A stretch of DNA of 32,000 nt from Candidatus Nitrosopumilus koreensis AR1 (GCF_000299365.1 NC_018655.1:1590001-1622000), one strand, 5' to 3'; counted from the stretch's first letter, positions 1 to 9,162 are shown. Notes: generated by a model not told the origin, from the sequence alone. Translations and numbers: made by a program.

Positions 1-88
1 GTAAAGTCATTTAGAAAGAATTACCAAAAGGTGAAATTCTGTTTTGACAATAAATTAGGCGCATATGAATATGTCAAATTGCGATAAT

Positions 89-3000
89 TCAGGCATAGTC
101 TGTAAGAAGTGATTGGTCGCCTGGACTTTTTCCAAATACTAATTCAATTTCATCAGCAAGTGCATGAATCCTTCCCCGTTGATATTCACTAACATCATAT
201 TTGTCAACAAGTCTTTTTGCAAGTTTCAAATATTTTTCTACAGAGCCACGAGTTATTGTAGGAATTAGTTTATGGCCACATACACAAGTTTGGATTAGTG
301 GCATACGTCGATAAGATTTACCACATCCAGTACACCTAAAGTTTTGTCTAGCATATGCTCTTAGATTTCCCATAATGTCTGGTACAAGATGAGTTGAAAT
401 GACATCTGAAACAATTTCTGAAGTATTTACAGCATCAATCAATTCTGCATTTTTAACTTGCATATCAAATTTGTCTAGCATCGATCCAAGAGTCGAATAT
501 GCACTGCGTGATTTTGAAGTTGTAAGAGATGATGTTGAGTGAGTGAAATAATAGTCATAAAACTGTCTTTCTGTTTCAAGTCTAGATTTGATAATTTCAA
601 CTGATGAAATATCTGGGGCTTTGACTTGTTGAATTGTTGATTCAAAAAATTCCAAAGGAAATGATTTTGTGACCTCAAGATTATGTGCTTGTGGTTGGGA
701 TTCATGTGGTAAAACAAGAGGTTGAACAAGCAGTGGCGCATCCATCAATCCACCTATAGCATCTGAAAGGAATTGTCTTGAAAAATTCAAAAGACTATCC
801 ATCAATAACATTATTGAGTCAGCATCGCCGTCTGCGTCCCTTCTTTTTGCTGAATGCCAGTTGGGAGTTGCAAAACAGACATGGGTTTCAGAATATCCAA
901 TGATTCTACCTACTATGCCAACTGATGTATGAGGAGCAAGACCAATTACCAAATGTCCAATCAGTTCTTTTGAGTTGTGTACATTGTAAAATGGAGTTTT
1001 ACCATAGAATTTTTCTAAAAGCGTATCAATGTATTTGCAGATAGAAACAAGATATCTTCCACTTTCATAGGGGATTACCACATCTTGCATACGGAGTTCA
1101 ACTATCTGTTCAGGATTTTCAAGGGGGTTGCCATCAATATCATGCGTATAACCTAATTCTTTGAGTTTTTCAATTGAGGTTCCAATCCAAGACGGTTTGA
1201 ATTGTGTGAGAGGTGAGTTTGTCGCATCAAATCTGACAGTTCCATCTTTGAACACTGTAAGTCCAAAGTTTTGTCGGGCAAGTCCTTTTTCCAAAGGTTC
1301 GGCAATCTTATCTTGACTGATTAATTCCTTTACTCCCTTGAATGGTTCTTGTGCACGTAAACGGATTTTTTCTTGAGCTTCAAGGAGTTTTGATTTTAAT
1401 GGAAATTCTTTATGTGAATACGCTAAAGCGGTTCGTTTGCATTTATCACAAAAAGGTTCTTCAAGTGTATCTCTACAATAAGGACACCTATAAGAAACGG
1501 TAGTTTTTGTACCACATTTTGAGCATTTTATTCCAATTGATGGTTGGTTACATTGTGTACAATGTCGATTGTAAATGTTAGTGAAAAAGTGTTCATTTCT
1601 AGATGCCTTTAACAGATCCCGTGTAGGCCCACCTTTGTCACTTATAGGAAACAACACATGTGTTGGCGGTTTCATCTGTCTAGGTGCAGCCTTTTCTGGT
1701 CTTCCAATCCTAACCCCAATAGATGTAGAAAACTTGTTTCTAATTTTAATTCCAGAGGATTTTGAAATTAATTGAGGAACGGATGAATCATTGATTTTAA
1801 TTTGCTCTCGAAATAATAAATTAAAGAAAATTTTTGCTTCAAGGTTTTCAAGGAGGATGTTATCATTTTCAACTATATGTGGAACTCCTAATGTTTCAAG
1901 GATTTTTTTTACTTGTATAGAATATTCAATTGAGGTTTCATTGATTTTTTCAGGTTGTAAAAGTAGGTTGAGTTCTTCGGAGGATATTTTATCCCAAAAA
2001 TACAGATAGTGTGGGTGAAGAGCCATATCAAAATCAATGGAGATTTTTAATGCTTCATCTATGGTTGGTATTTTATTGAGAAATTGGGTCAGATATTGAT
2101 CCTTAGGTTCATATTTTTGGAGTTTTTGTTTTAGCTCTTCTATCCAGAATTCTTCTACATATCCTGATGGGATAAGTTGAGCATTATTTTCTAGGAAATC
2201 TCCAAACGATATTAGAATATCTCCAAGATGAAGTATTTTTTCAATGTCATTTTTAATTTCTATTCCATGTTTTGTATCTCTAATCTTCACAACATTTCCA
2301 TTTTTCAGACGAACCACAGGAGTATCAATTGAATCAACAAATGCAACAGTAGAACCTTTTCCTGGAGTATCAATTTTAATTTGAGTTCCGACTGCAATTG
2401 TATGATCAAGTATCTCTGCAATTACAGGATGAATTCCGACTGCTGCAAAACCAGTATTACATGCTCTTCCATATCTTAATCGGAATCCGCCTAGTTTGTT
2501 AGGCATTGACAAGACTGATCTTCCTGTAATTACCTCATGCATCCTTTTTGTGGCTGCGTCTTCTTGTTTTTCACCAGTTTGAACAGCACCTTTTAGATCA
2601 TTGAGCCATTCCCAGCCATCAAGATTGTACATTTCAATTCTTTTGAGTAGTTTTTTGGATCTTCCAATAAGACCGTCATTTAGAACACGTAAGGCACCTC
2701 CTCGTACTCTATCAGTTTTTATTCGTGCCATAGATTTGTGGTTTACAACCTCATAAGGATCTGTGTCTACACCATCTAGTTCTACAGGTAGATTTGAAAT
2801 CACATGTTCAATATCTTCATCCAGTATATGGAATTGAAAACTACTTGCCTCTCTTTCATAGATTCTTAATTCCTCGACAAACCTGCCTGTTTCATCATCA
2901 AAAGAATTGGCTTGAAACTTTGCTAATCCGGCTGTCTTTCTAACATGATCAGCTATCAACATCGTAACGGCTGATTCTGTTCCTCCTGCTGAACGCATAG

Positions 3001-3466
3001 GGCCTGCAATAGAGACTGAAAGATATTCAGAGCCGTCTTTGTTTTTCTTTATCTTAACTTCACTGATTCCTTGTAAAGGAGCAATGGTAACTCCTTCAGT
3101 GACGATTGCCAATCCGACACGAACCGCCAAGTCAAGTTTTTCTTCCAAAGTCGAATCAGGTAGAGAGTATTTTCCTTGTGCAATCTCTTTTGATAGAATT
3201 AGTGCAGAAAGTTCTTTTCCATTGATTTTTAAGAGTTCTCTTAGAGGTTCAGCAATATCAATCTCATGCATTTTTGCTACACGATCAGCAAGATCAAATG
3301 CGATTTTCGGCTCAATTATGCCTGAGGAATCAACCAAACTGGATTTTGCAGATGCTGCAGCTTCAAAAATAGAATATGTTTCTGTGGACAAGTTTGAGTA
3401 ATAATCAAGATAGTAATCAGGCATTTTGATGCCACTAATACGAGAAATTGCATCGTTTTCAGACAT
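89..3466 (-). CDS. polC: DNA polymerase II (PolD) large subunit DP2, no intein apparent
   Basis: 1125-aa ORF. Cys-rich zinc-binding clusters (CTQCNQPSIGIKCSKCG, CPYCRDTLEEPFCDKCKR, CTGCGKSYRRMPLIQTCVCG) and a DP2-type catalytic region AKRRDADGDADSIMLLMDSLLNFSRQFL...GGLMDAPLLVQPLV. Confidence 0.96.
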   Translation of the reverse strand: MSENDAISRISGIKMPDYYLDYYSNLSTETYSIFEAAASAKSSLVDSSGIIEPKIAFDLADRVAKMHEIDIAEPLRELLKINGKELSALILSKEIAQGKYSLPDSTLEEKLDLAVRVGLAIVTEGVTIAPLQGISEVKIKKNKDGSEYLSVSIAGPMRSAGGTESAVTMLIADHVRKTAGLAKFQANSFDDETGRFVEELRIYEREASSFQFHILDEDIEHVISNLPVELDGVDTDPYEVVNHKSMARIKTDRVRGGALRVLNDGLIGRSKKLLKRIEMYNLDGWEWLNDLKGAVQTGEKQEDAATKRMHEVITGRSVLSMPNKLGGFRLRYGRACNTGFAAVGIHPVIAEILDHTIAVGTQIKIDTPGKGSTVAFVDSIDTPVVRLKNGNVVKIRDTKHGIEIKNDIEKILHLGDILISFGDFLENNAQLIPSGYVEEFWIEELKQKLQKYEPKDQYLTQFLNKIPTIDEALKISIDFDMALHPHYLYFWDKISSEELNLLLQPEKINETSIEYSIQVKKILETLGVPHIVENDNILLENLEAKIFFNLLFREQIKINDSSVPQLISKSSGIKIRNKFSTSIGVRIGRPEKAAPRQMKPPTHVLFPISDKGGPTRDLLKASRNEHFFTNIYNRHCTQCNQPSIGIKCSKCGTKTTVSYRCPYCRDTLEEPFCDKCKRTALAYSHKEFPLKSKLLEAQEKIRLRAQEPFKGVKELISQDKIAEPLEKGLARQNFGLTVFKDGTVRFDATNSPLTQFKPSWIGTSIEKLKELGYTHDIDGNPLENPEQIVELRMQDVVIPYESGRYLVSICKYIDTLLEKFYGKTPFYNVHNSKELIGHLVIGLAPHTSVGIVGRIIGYSETHVCFATPNWHSAKRRDADGDADSIMLLMDSLLNFSRQFLSDAIGGLMDAPLLVQPLVLPHESQPQAHNLEVTKSFPLEFFESTIQQVKAPDISSVEIIKSRLETERQFYDYYFTHSTSSLTTSKSRSAYSTLGSMLDKFDMQVKNAELIDAVNTSEIVSDVISTHLVPDIMGNLRAYARQNFRCTGCGKSYRRMPLIQTCVCGHKLIPTITRGSVEKYLKLAKRLVDKYDVSEYQRGRIHALADEIELVFGKSPGDQSLLTDYA

Positions 3467-3478
3467 ACTAGAGTTCTA

Positions 3479-4231
3479 TCACTTGCTTCTTTGAATTGCT
3501 TTTGCTATTTCTTGGAGTTTTTTAAGACTACCACCTTTTTCAAGGAATGTGCCTATTACCAATGCATCAGCTCCTGCTTTCACTAAACTTTGGGCAGTTT
3601 TTACATCCTTAATGCCCCCACCTACAATCAAAAATCCATTAAACGTGTGTCTTACAGTTTTAACCATCTCTGGGGTGACACTAGATTTTGCACCAGAACC
3701 TGCCTCAAGATATACAAATCTCATTCCAAGAAATTGGGCTGCAAGTGCATATGCTGCGGCAATTTTGGGTTTTTCAAATGGAATGCCCCTTGCAGAACCA
3801 ACAAACCATGCAGATGTTCCATCTCCAATTACAAGATATGCTGTTGGAAGTGGTTCTAGACCAAATTTGAGAACGCTTGGAGCCCCCAAAGCTTGGGCTT
3901 GGGAAATAAAATATGGATTCTCTGAGTTCATCAAAGAACTGAAAAGTATTGCATCTGCTTCAGGCACGACACCTGTAACATTACCAGGAAACAAGATTAT
4001 TGGGATTTTGATGCCTTTTTTGATTCCTTTTACCACTTGTGCCATCTCTATTTGATCTGTAGCAGAGGAACCTCCAACTAAGATTGCAGACGCACCAATT
4101 TTTTCGACATCTTTGGCAAGTTTGGCTGAAGCTTCTAAGTTTGATACCTCAGAATCTATTAGAATAAACAATAGTGCGTTTTTCTTTTTTAATTCTGATT
4201 TCAGGAATGTTTCGACTTTGTTTCCAGCCAT
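3479..4231 (-). CDS. Geranylgeranylglyceryl phosphate synthase-like protein
   Basis: 250 aa TIM-barrel pattern: LFILIDSE, GASAILVGGSSATDQ, PIILFPGNVTGVVPEADAILFSSLMNSENPYFI, YLEAGSGAKSSV, LIVGGGIKD, GADALVIGTFLEK. Confidence 0.93.
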   Translation of the reverse strand: MAGNKVETFLKSELKKKNALLFILIDSEVSNLEASAKLAKDVEKIGASAILVGGSSATDQIEMAQVVKGIKKGIKIPIILFPGNVTGVVPEADAILFSSLMNSENPYFISQAQALGAPSVLKFGLEPLPTAYLVIGDGTSAWFVGSARGIPFEKPKIAAAYALAAQFLGMRFVYLEAGSGAKSSVTPEMVKTVRHTFNGFLIVGGGIKDVKTAQSLVKAGADALVIGTFLEKGGSLKKLQEIAKAIQRSK

Positions 4232-4296
4232 AGAAATGGTTCGTATGTGGCTCTTTAAAGTTTAATTGGAATGCAATTATACAGATTTGTATAGCT

Positions 4297-4659
4297 ATGA
4301 CAGGGTTTGAAGAATCTAATTTTAACAACATTATTAAAAAAATTATCAAAAAATCTTTGTTTACGGAGCGACAAATTGAAATTATTTTAAATCAAAAGAA
4401 TCTTCTTGATTCAGAGTTTTCCATCTCAAAAGGTGCGTATTATAGGCAAGTTGGGCAGTCTAGGGAGAAATTAGTTGCATTATTCTATTCAATCATACTT
4501 TTACGTGGTCTAGGCATCATTTTGCCTGATGATATAGACGTGATATCAAAGCTTTCTGAGCAGATTAGTGTGATAAATGAGAGTGATATATTCCCAGAAA
4601 GGGAAGATGAGGTCATTGATGTGATTGACAGGCTTGTTAGGCAGGCATGTAATGTGTGA
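4297..4659 (+). CDS. Conserved hypothetical protein
   Basis: 120-aa ORF with coherent coding composition. Divergent from the GGGP synthase gene. Confidence 0.75.
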   Translation: MTGFEESNFNNIIKKIIKKSLFTERQIEIILNQKNLLDSEFSISKGAYYRQVGQSREKLVALFYSIILLRGLGIILPDDIDVISKLSEQISVINESDIFPEREDEVIDVIDRLVRQACNV

Positions 4660-4663
4660 TGTT
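4642..4663. repeat. 22-bp direct repeat copy A (CAGGCATGTAATGTGTGATGTT)
   Basis: Exact match to 4768-4789. Confidence 0.95.
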
Positions 4664-4767
4664 GTGAGAATTGTTCATCAAACAAGTTGAATTGTTTGTG
4701 ATAAGGTATGTGAGTTTGTTAATCTAAAGTGTGAAATAATGTTGTTCTATCACGATAAATCACGATA

Positions 4768-4789
4768 CAGGCATGTAATGTGTGATGTT
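4768..4789. repeat. 22-bp direct repeat copy B (CAGGCATGTAATGTGTGATGTT)
   Basis: Exact match to 4642-4663. Overlaps the start of the next ORF. Confidence 0.95.
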
Positions 4790-5387
4790 AGTTGAAATTC
4801 CGGACCCAGAAGTGATTTTGGGTGTGATTTTAGCCTTCATAGTAGGTTTGGGAGGGTTGTATGGATACTATAAGATTCGTCCATTCATAAAATCTAGGAG
4901 TGATATGGTTGATGCATCACAATCTGAACGTTTGGAGTATTATGAAAGGCAATTAATTGACATGAAAATACGCCTAGATGCATTAGAAATACAGGGAATT
5001 GAGCAAAAAACAGTGGATCCAAATTTAGAATTAAAGCAATTCTTGGAGAAATTAACAAAAAATGAAGTTAAGAGTAAGGAAAACCCAATATCACAAGAGT
5101 CACAACCAACATCTGAAAAACCAATATCCACGCCTAAAAGTTCCAATATTGAGCACACAAACCCTACCAATCATGTGTTGCATTTAATCACAAACAAGGA
5201 TATGACATCACGTGACATACAAATCACATTAAAGAAGAGTCGAGAACACACTTCAAGATTGATGAAAAAATTGTTTGAAGAAGGACTTGTTAACAGAAAT
5301 ACACAAACCAAACCATACACTTATTCTATTACTGAAAAAGGAAAAGAAAAGGTTGAGGAAGTCGAAACAAACCCAGTTGTTGTTTGA
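4782..5387 (+). CDS. Membrane-anchored winged-helix (MarR/ArsR-like) putative regulator
   Basis: N-terminal hydrophobic segment VILGVILAFIVGLGGLYGYY, then a coiled region, then an HTH-like C-terminus (NKDMTSRDIQITLKKSREHTSRLMKKLFEEGLVNRNTQTKPYTYSITEKGKEKV). GTG or the adjacent ATG is the start. Confidence 0.8.
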   Translation: MMLVEIPDPEVILGVILAFIVGLGGLYGYYKIRPFIKSRSDMVDASQSERLEYYERQLIDMKIRLDALEIQGIEQKTVDPNLELKQFLEKLTKNEVKSKENPISQESQPTSEKPISTPKSSNIEHTNPTNHVLHLITNKDMTSRDIQITLKKSREHTSRLMKKLFEEGLVNRNTQTKPYTYSITEKGKEKVEEVETNPVVV

Positions 5388-5512
5388 AGATATTTTTCCA
5401 GTTTTCCCAAAGTCATTTTGTATAATTTTAGGCTAAAATTACAGGTTTTTATTATTAATTATAATTTACATAATTTATTAAATTATATATATTATTAAAT
5501 TATAGTCATAAT

Positions 5513-5674
5513 ATGTCCGTACAAGAAAATGAGGTTTTAGTAAAGATTACATCTGCAGGAACTATTTCTATTCCAAAACAGTTTAGAAAGTATATGGACA
5601 TTCAAAAAGGTGAATATGTTAAATTGATTTTGGGAAAAGACCGTCTTATTGTTAGAAAAATCATTATTTCTTGA
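5513..5674 (+). CDS. AbrB/SpoVT-like swapped-hairpin DNA-binding protein
   Basis: 53-aa ORF read by eye, absent from the supplied track: MSVQENEVLVKITSAGTISIPKQFRKYMDIQKGEYVKLILGKDRLIVRKIIIS*. It matches the SpoVT/AbrB pattern (vTSaGtisIPkqfRkymdIqkGeyVkl). Confidence 0.8.
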   Translation: MSVQENEVLVKITSAGTISIPKQFRKYMDIQKGEYVKLILGKDRLIVRKIIIS

Positions 5675-5678
5675 TCAG

Positions 5679-6065
5679 TTAGTGTTGTTTTTGGCCAATT
5701 TTTATGGTTTGGTAGGTCCATTCTCTACCATTTCTAATCCTATCCACCCTACCTTTTGATGAAAATCTGGATAAATATGTAGAAATTACACTAAGTTTGA
5801 TAGGTTCATTGAATTCATCTTCGTATTTCTCAAGAATGTTTGTTGATGTGAATTTTCCCATTGGGAAGAATTTATCTACAATATGCCAAATTTTAGAGCC
5901 TACAGAATCTATGTTTGTTGTTTCTTGCTCTTCTTCTATATTCATCAAATCCATCATTTCAAATATCTTCAAGACTTTTTCCCTAGTCACATTACCTTCT
6001 AATTTAATATCATAACGTGCACCATCAGTATCTTCCATATCTATACGAATACGTTTTTTGGCCAT
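5679..6065 (-). CDS. Small conserved hypothetical protein with possible winged-helix C-terminus
   Basis: 128-aa ORF. C-terminal SVISTYLSRFSSKGRVDRIRNGREWTYQT looks wHTH-like. Located beside the putative origin. Confidence 0.78.
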   Translation of the reverse strand: MAKKRIRIDMEDTDGARYDIKLEGNVTREKVLKIFEMMDLMNIEEEQETTNIDSVGSKIWHIVDKFFPMGKFTSTNILEKYEDEFNEPIKLSVISTYLSRFSSKGRVDRIRNGREWTYQTIKIGQKQH

Positions 6066-6218
6066 AGGATCTATTCGATCTGATGTTAACAGTTCAAATG
6101 ATCCGCGAATTTTTGTTAACTAAGTGGTTTGTTAACGTTGACTGTGTAAGCCACGCCTAGTCATTATTTTGTTATTAACAACTGATTATAATTAATTCCC
6201 CCAAACCATAGATTAATC

Positions 6219-6243
6219 ACGCCTGGAGTGGAAATAAAGGGGT
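6219..6243 (+). repeat. ORB-like element 1: ACGCCTGGAGTGGAAATAAAGGGGT
   Basis: Identical to 6281-6305. Resembles the archaeal ORB core CCAGTGGAAAC(G)AAAGGGGGT. Confidence 0.88.
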
Positions 6244-6280
6244 TATTTTTACCATATTCACACTGTTAACGTCAATCTTA

Positions 6281-6305
6281 ACGCCTGGAGTGGAAATAAA
6301 GGGGT
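6281..6305 (+). repeat. ORB-like element 2: ACGCCTGGAGTGGAAATAAAGGGGT
   Basis: Second identical copy, same orientation, 62 bp downstream start-to-start. Confidence 0.88.
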
Positions 6306-6369
6306 CAAAATGGGGTTTTTTTGTAATTCCTTAACAAGAAATTAACAGTTTGTTAACACCAAAACCCAC

Positions 6370-6394
6370 ACACCATTATTTCCACTCTTCTTTT
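6370..6394 (-). repeat. Degenerate inverted ORB-like element
   Basis: Reverse complement AAAAGAAGAGTGGAAATAATGGTGT keeps the GAGTGGAAATAA-GG-GT core. Confidence 0.6.
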
Positions 6395-6532
6395 TTTAAT
6401 TATTTTTTTTTGGGGAAAAAACAAAAACAAACTAAAAATAATTAATTACAAACTAAACTACAATTACTATTCTATTCTTTACTCTCTTAATTTAGATATG
6501 GATATGATGATATTGATAGGAAACAAAGGTGT

Positions 6533-7720
6533 GTGAGTATGTCGGACCCAATTGATAGGTTGTTAGATGCCGCTGAATCTGGAAAATCAATTATTAAAAA
6601 CAGAGAAATCCTACATTTTACCTATATTCCAAAAACCATCCAACATAGAAATGATGAACAGGAGCAGGTTACCCAATCTCTATTACCAATTCTTAAACAA
6701 TCCAGACCATCAAACCTTCTAGTATATGGAAAACCTGGCACCGGCAAAACACTTGTTGTTAAAAAAATTATTTCAAAAATTCAAGAAAGGGTAGAGAAAT
6801 CGAATTTCCCAATAAAACTAATCTACTCTAACTCAAAAAAAGAGACCACACTTTATGGATTATTAGTAAGTTTTGGCCGTCAATTAGGATTAAATGAAAA
6901 AGAATTACCCTCAACTGGTTTGGCTATTAGTGAGGTTTTCAAACGAATCCTAAATAATATTAATCAAGAAAAAACCAATGTAGTCTTTGTAATTGATGAA
7001 ATTGATTATCTTGCAGAATTGGTTTCAAAAACTGGCAAGGATATACTTTACCAACTAACTAGAGCCAATGAAACTCTTAACACTGGTTCACTAACTTTGA
7101 TTGGGATCTCAAATGACTTGACCTTCAAAGAAAAACTAGATCCTAGGGTGATTAGTGGTCTTGGAGAAGAGGAAATTGTCTTTACAAACTATAATGTTGA
7201 ACAAATCAAAAAGATTCTAGAGGAGAGAATATCTGAGGCTTTCGAGGCTGATTCTGTAGACGAATCAGCACTAAATCTATGTGCTGCTTTGGCAGGGGGG
7301 GAGCATGGTGATGCAAGACGAGCAATCGATTTGATTAGGGTTGCAGGAGAATTAGCCGAAAGGCAACAATCAGACAAAGTCACTGAAAACCATGTCCGAG
7401 AAGCCTCTCAAAAAATTGAAGAAAATAAAGAAGAAACATCCCTCAAATCATATCCTCTGCATGAGAAACTAGTCATACTTGCTATAATGAAGGCTAATGG
7501 TTCATCTACTGGAGAAATCTATTCATCATACAAAAATCTCTGTAAAGTAGTAGGGCGAGACGAACTTACCCAAAGAAGAATTACTCAAATGTTAAGTGAG
7601 ATTGAACTTTCTGGGATAATCTCTGGAAGACTAGTACACCAAGGAATTCATGGTAGAACCAAAAAATACAAACTAACAATTCCATCTGAAATGATAAAAA
7701 GACCTTCAAAGATGATTTAA
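6533..7720 (+). CDS. cdc6: Orc1/Cdc6 replication initiator, AAA+ ATPase
   Basis: Walker A VYGKPGTGKT, Walker B VVFVIDEID, sensor region LIGISNDLTF, C-terminal winged-helix region; 395 aa. Confidence 0.95.
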   Translation: MSMSDPIDRLLDAAESGKSIIKNREILHFTYIPKTIQHRNDEQEQVTQSLLPILKQSRPSNLLVYGKPGTGKTLVVKKIISKIQERVEKSNFPIKLIYSNSKKETTLYGLLVSFGRQLGLNEKELPSTGLAISEVFKRILNNINQEKTNVVFVIDEIDYLAELVSKTGKDILYQLTRANETLNTGSLTLIGISNDLTFKEKLDPRVISGLGEEEIVFTNYNVEQIKKILEERISEAFEADSVDESALNLCAALAGGEHGDARRAIDLIRVAGELAERQQSDKVTENHVREASQKIEENKEETSLKSYPLHEKLVILAIMKANGSSTGEIYSSYKNLCKVVGRDELTQRRITQMLSEIELSGIISGRLVHQGIHGRTKKYKLTIPSEMIKRPSKMI

Positions 7721-9162
7721 CTTTGCAAGATATTGTCTAGATTAGAATTATAATTTTGGTGGAAAACCTGAAAGGTCTTCAAATTTACTAACAAAGCAAT
7801 ACCTGGATTTGGAGTCATTCCAACACTTGCCTGAAATGGTGTCTGTTTTTGCCAAGAGCCTGAATTAACCAATAATATTCCCTTGTACATATCTAGTTGA
7901 GCCTTATGGACATGGCCTACATGAAAAATATCTGGTATGTCCTCTATTACCATAAGATCCTGCATTTCAGGAGCAATTGGGGTCTGACTGCCATAAATTG
8001 GACTCAAATGTCTGGCTCTCAGAAGATGTTTCATAACATTTGTTGGTTTGTCATAACTTAGACCAGGTGTGGTCTTGACAATATCATCAATACTTTGTCC
8101 ATGAAACATCATAACTTTAACCCCATTCAATGAGACAACAGCTGGATTTCCAACCATGATCACATTCTCTCTATCCCACAATCCTGAGTTGTATTTTTTT
8201 GGTATTGCTGGTTGAGGAAGCGCTCTTCTTCCCGGATCGTGATTTCCAGGCATTATGACTATTTTGATATTTTTTGGAATATTCTCGATCAAACCTTCCA
8301 CTTTTTTGAGTTGTTCCTCAATGGTTTGACAAACTAATTCCTTGTTTTGATTTGGATATATCCCAACTCCATCTACCACGTCCCCACAAATTAAAACAAA
8401 TCGAATTTTTCTAGCAACAGGATCAGGGCTTGATATCCAAGAAACAAAGTCTGTAAACTCTTCTTCCATGAAATATTTACTTCCAATATGCAAGTCAGAC
8501 AGAAATACTGCATATGCTTCTGACTCTGACTTGTTTGTGGCCTGATCAGGAATATCTGGCAAAATTAAATCCTTTATGATAAATCCAGAATTTTTCCCTG
8601 TACTGACCCTTACCATGACAAATTGGTCGATCAAAAGCGTGTCTGCATTTTTTTGTAACTCCTCATCAAAAATAACCCCTTCAAATGAGCCTGACGGATC
8701 CTCTAAAATCAACTTTGTTATGTTTCTCTCGCTATTTCTTGCAGTTACAAGACCACAAACATACATGTCATCCTTAGATCTTTCATTTTTTACAAAAGTT
8801 ATAGACTTTAACATCCTAGCTTCTGGCCTGTCTGAAATTATTCTTTTTAGTTTGTTAAAACGGCTAGAAAATAATGCGTTATACCCCTTTACACCCTCAC
8901 CAGTTGCTATTTTATCCGTAGGGTCCAACAAAATCTTAATTTCAGTTTCTAGTGATGGATCATCTTTGATTCCAAGATATGTTTCTAAATCATCCTGATT
9001 TATCTGAAATAATTTCTGTTTTGTTTTTTCTCTGACAATTTCCTTTATGATTCTCTCTAGTTTTCTTACATCAACATTTTCTAAGATCTTAAAAGCGTCA
9101 GGATGAATCTGGAATCCTTTGTTAAGTGCATAGTTTAACGCAAAGGACAACTCCTTTTTCAT
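7717..9162 (-). CDS. polB: DNA polymerase II (PolD) small subunit DP1
   Basis: 481 aa. OB-fold region plus calcineurin-like phosphoesterase motifs FLSDLHIGSKYF, LICGDVVDGVG, IVIMPGNHDP, FHVGHVHKA. Confidence 0.94.
   Translation of the reverse strand: MKKELSFALNYALNKGFQIHPDAFKILENVDVRKLERIIKEIVREKTKQKLFQINQDDLETYLGIKDDPSLETEIKILLDPTDKIATGEGVKGYNALFSSRFNKLKRIISDRPEARMLKSITFVKNERSKDDMYVCGLVTARNSERNITKLILEDPSGSFEGVIFDEELQKNADTLLIDQFVMVRVSTGKNSGFIIKDLILPDIPDQATNKSESEAYAVFLSDLHIGSKYFMEEEFTDFVSWISSPDPVARKIRFVLICGDVVDGVGIYPNQNKELVCQTIEEQLKKVEGLIENIPKNIKIVIMPGNHDPGRRALPQPAIPKKYNSGLWDRENVIMVGNPAVVSLNGVKVMMFHGQSIDDIVKTTPGLSYDKPTNVMKHLLRARHLSPIYGSQTPIAPEMQDLMVIEDIPDIFHVGHVHKAQLDMYKGILLVNSGSWQKQTPFQASVGMTPNPGIALLVNLKTFQVFHQNYNSNLDNILQS

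Larger units (their letters stand above)
6080..6480. promoter_or_regulatory. Putative chromosomal replication origin (oriC)
   Basis: Non-coding gap upstream of orc1/cdc6 with two identical 25-bp ORB-like elements, a degenerate inverted element, five GTTAAC sites and an adjacent T- and A-rich tract. Confidence 0.82.

Noticed and set aside
475-4055. Multiple opposite-strand or shadow ORFs inside DP2 and GGGP synthase (for example 475-741, 1575-1775, 3039-3401, 3549-4055)
   Set aside because: They overlap strongly supported genes, have low-complexity or unnatural composition, and no recognizable motifs. They are reading-frame shadows.
6151-6175. A possible fourth ORB-like site (CCACGCCTAGTCATTATTTTG)
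   Set aside because: Only ACGCCT and scattered AT match. The GAGTGGAAA core is missing, so it is not called as an ORB.
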